A DNA stretch of 64,000 nt from Oopsacas minuta (taxonomy: Eukaryota; Animalia; Porifera). The notes under the pieces were generated by a model, which was not told the DNA's origin, made no database searches, and saw only the letters and a program-made list of their open reading frames with translations. Below, piece by piece: positions 63,071-64,000 of this stretch. The stretch lies in contig JAKMXF010000099.1 in assembly GCA_024704765.1 (NCBI GenBank), positions 320,432 to 384,431 on the forward strand, written 5' to 3'. The stretch's first letter is position 1. Each line of letters opens with the position of its first letter. Both the position numbers and the translations under genes were made by a program.

Positions 63071-64000
63071 CCATGATTACCATTGCATTCAATTGTGGCG
63101 TGCTCGCATTGGATTACACTCTCTTCAAAAATGATCTAATTGTTCTAAAACTCCATCTGATTCTCTCATTTCTCTCAATCTATGTCTTTAATAATTTCTG
63201 CTCTATTCGTATGTGTAACTTCAAATCTGCTCTTCATTGGTGGTATCGAGATAAACCTAGGAACGAATACTCCTATTCAAGTTACATATTCTGAGCAAGG
63301 TAATTCATTCAATTTAATCATTAGTCTTGAGCGGAAATAACCTTAAATTACTACCTTCGTAACGCTTTCTCTTGATCTGGTTCGCAAATATGGTCACATA
63401 TAGCCTATCCAACGGATTCCCGCCAGGTCATGTATTAGTGATGTGTGCTATACTGTGATTAACGTGCAGTGTCTAGCAATTGCTTTGTTGAGTGTAGTCC
63501 ACTGTTAGTTTTGTGGTTAGTTGTAATACCTCCGGGTCATAGTTTAGTTTATCAAATGTTTGAAAAATATGTGTTTAAGTGGAGAAATTTTGGGCATTTT
63601 CATTAGTTGGGTATTGGGCAAAGAAATGAGTGTACAATTACACAAAGGTACCTCTATTTATTGTTAAGATATATCTAATCACTGTTAATTGTTTTGAATA
63701 GATTGTTTCAGGGAAGGATATTAATCGAATGAATTCACAAATCGGTTGAAAACTAACATAAAGTTGAAGAATACCATTGTCTCCCCAAATCCACCACGCT
63801 CCTAGGGGTAATCTATAAGATACAAACACGATACATCTATATGTATGTGTTTGTATGTTCAGAATTGATTGATGAAACTTGTAGACACCAGGGCTGAATT
63901 TGGTATACGTGTATTTGGAGCCTGACTCGAACAAGGGCCGTGGCCAGAATGTATTGTCAGGAGGTGCAAACTACATGTTTTCGGGGCGTTTTTAGATTTC

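Noticed and set aside
63863-64000. Phase-compatible exon with a single in-frame TGA (63895-63897), suggesting readthrough into a third START-like segment
   Set aside because: 63885-63932 matches the dispersed repeat at 11104-11163, so the open frame is probably not coding; the START resemblance is weak.
1-64000. Remaining 60-110 aa ORFs in the track
   Set aside because: No recognisable motifs; explained as alternative or antisense frames of transposon relics or chance ORFs in AT-rich DNA.

Overview
AT-rich eukaryotic (intron-containing, probably invertebrate animal) DNA dominated by decayed DNA transposons. The ORF track misses the one host gene I can support: a plus-strand spliced gene whose exons I traced by hand at 3511-3912, 12240-12541, 23523-23683, 35473-35685, 57829-58110 and 62369-62472. 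It encodes a predicted N-terminal membrane anchor, a partly recovered first START-like lipid-transfer domain and a complete second START domain, about 1.46 kb of coding sequence spread over about 59 kb. Its introns (up to 22 kb) hold remnants of eight transposon superfamilies: Tc1/mariner, hAT, P, MULE, Chapaev/CMC, Transib, Ginger and Helitron. Several have exact TIR/TSD boundaries, and five elements form one nested stack at about 35.9-46.0 kb. The most unusual cargo is a RAG1/Transib-like transposase remnant, two Chapaev3-like elements with RAG1-type catalytic spacing, an intronless USP-like cysteine protease ORF with one nonsense codon, and an unidentified spliced gene fragment broken by a young hAT insertion. 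I found no rRNA, tRNA, CRISPR array or recognisable reverse transcriptase. All family assignments come from manual translation and remembered motifs, not database searches.
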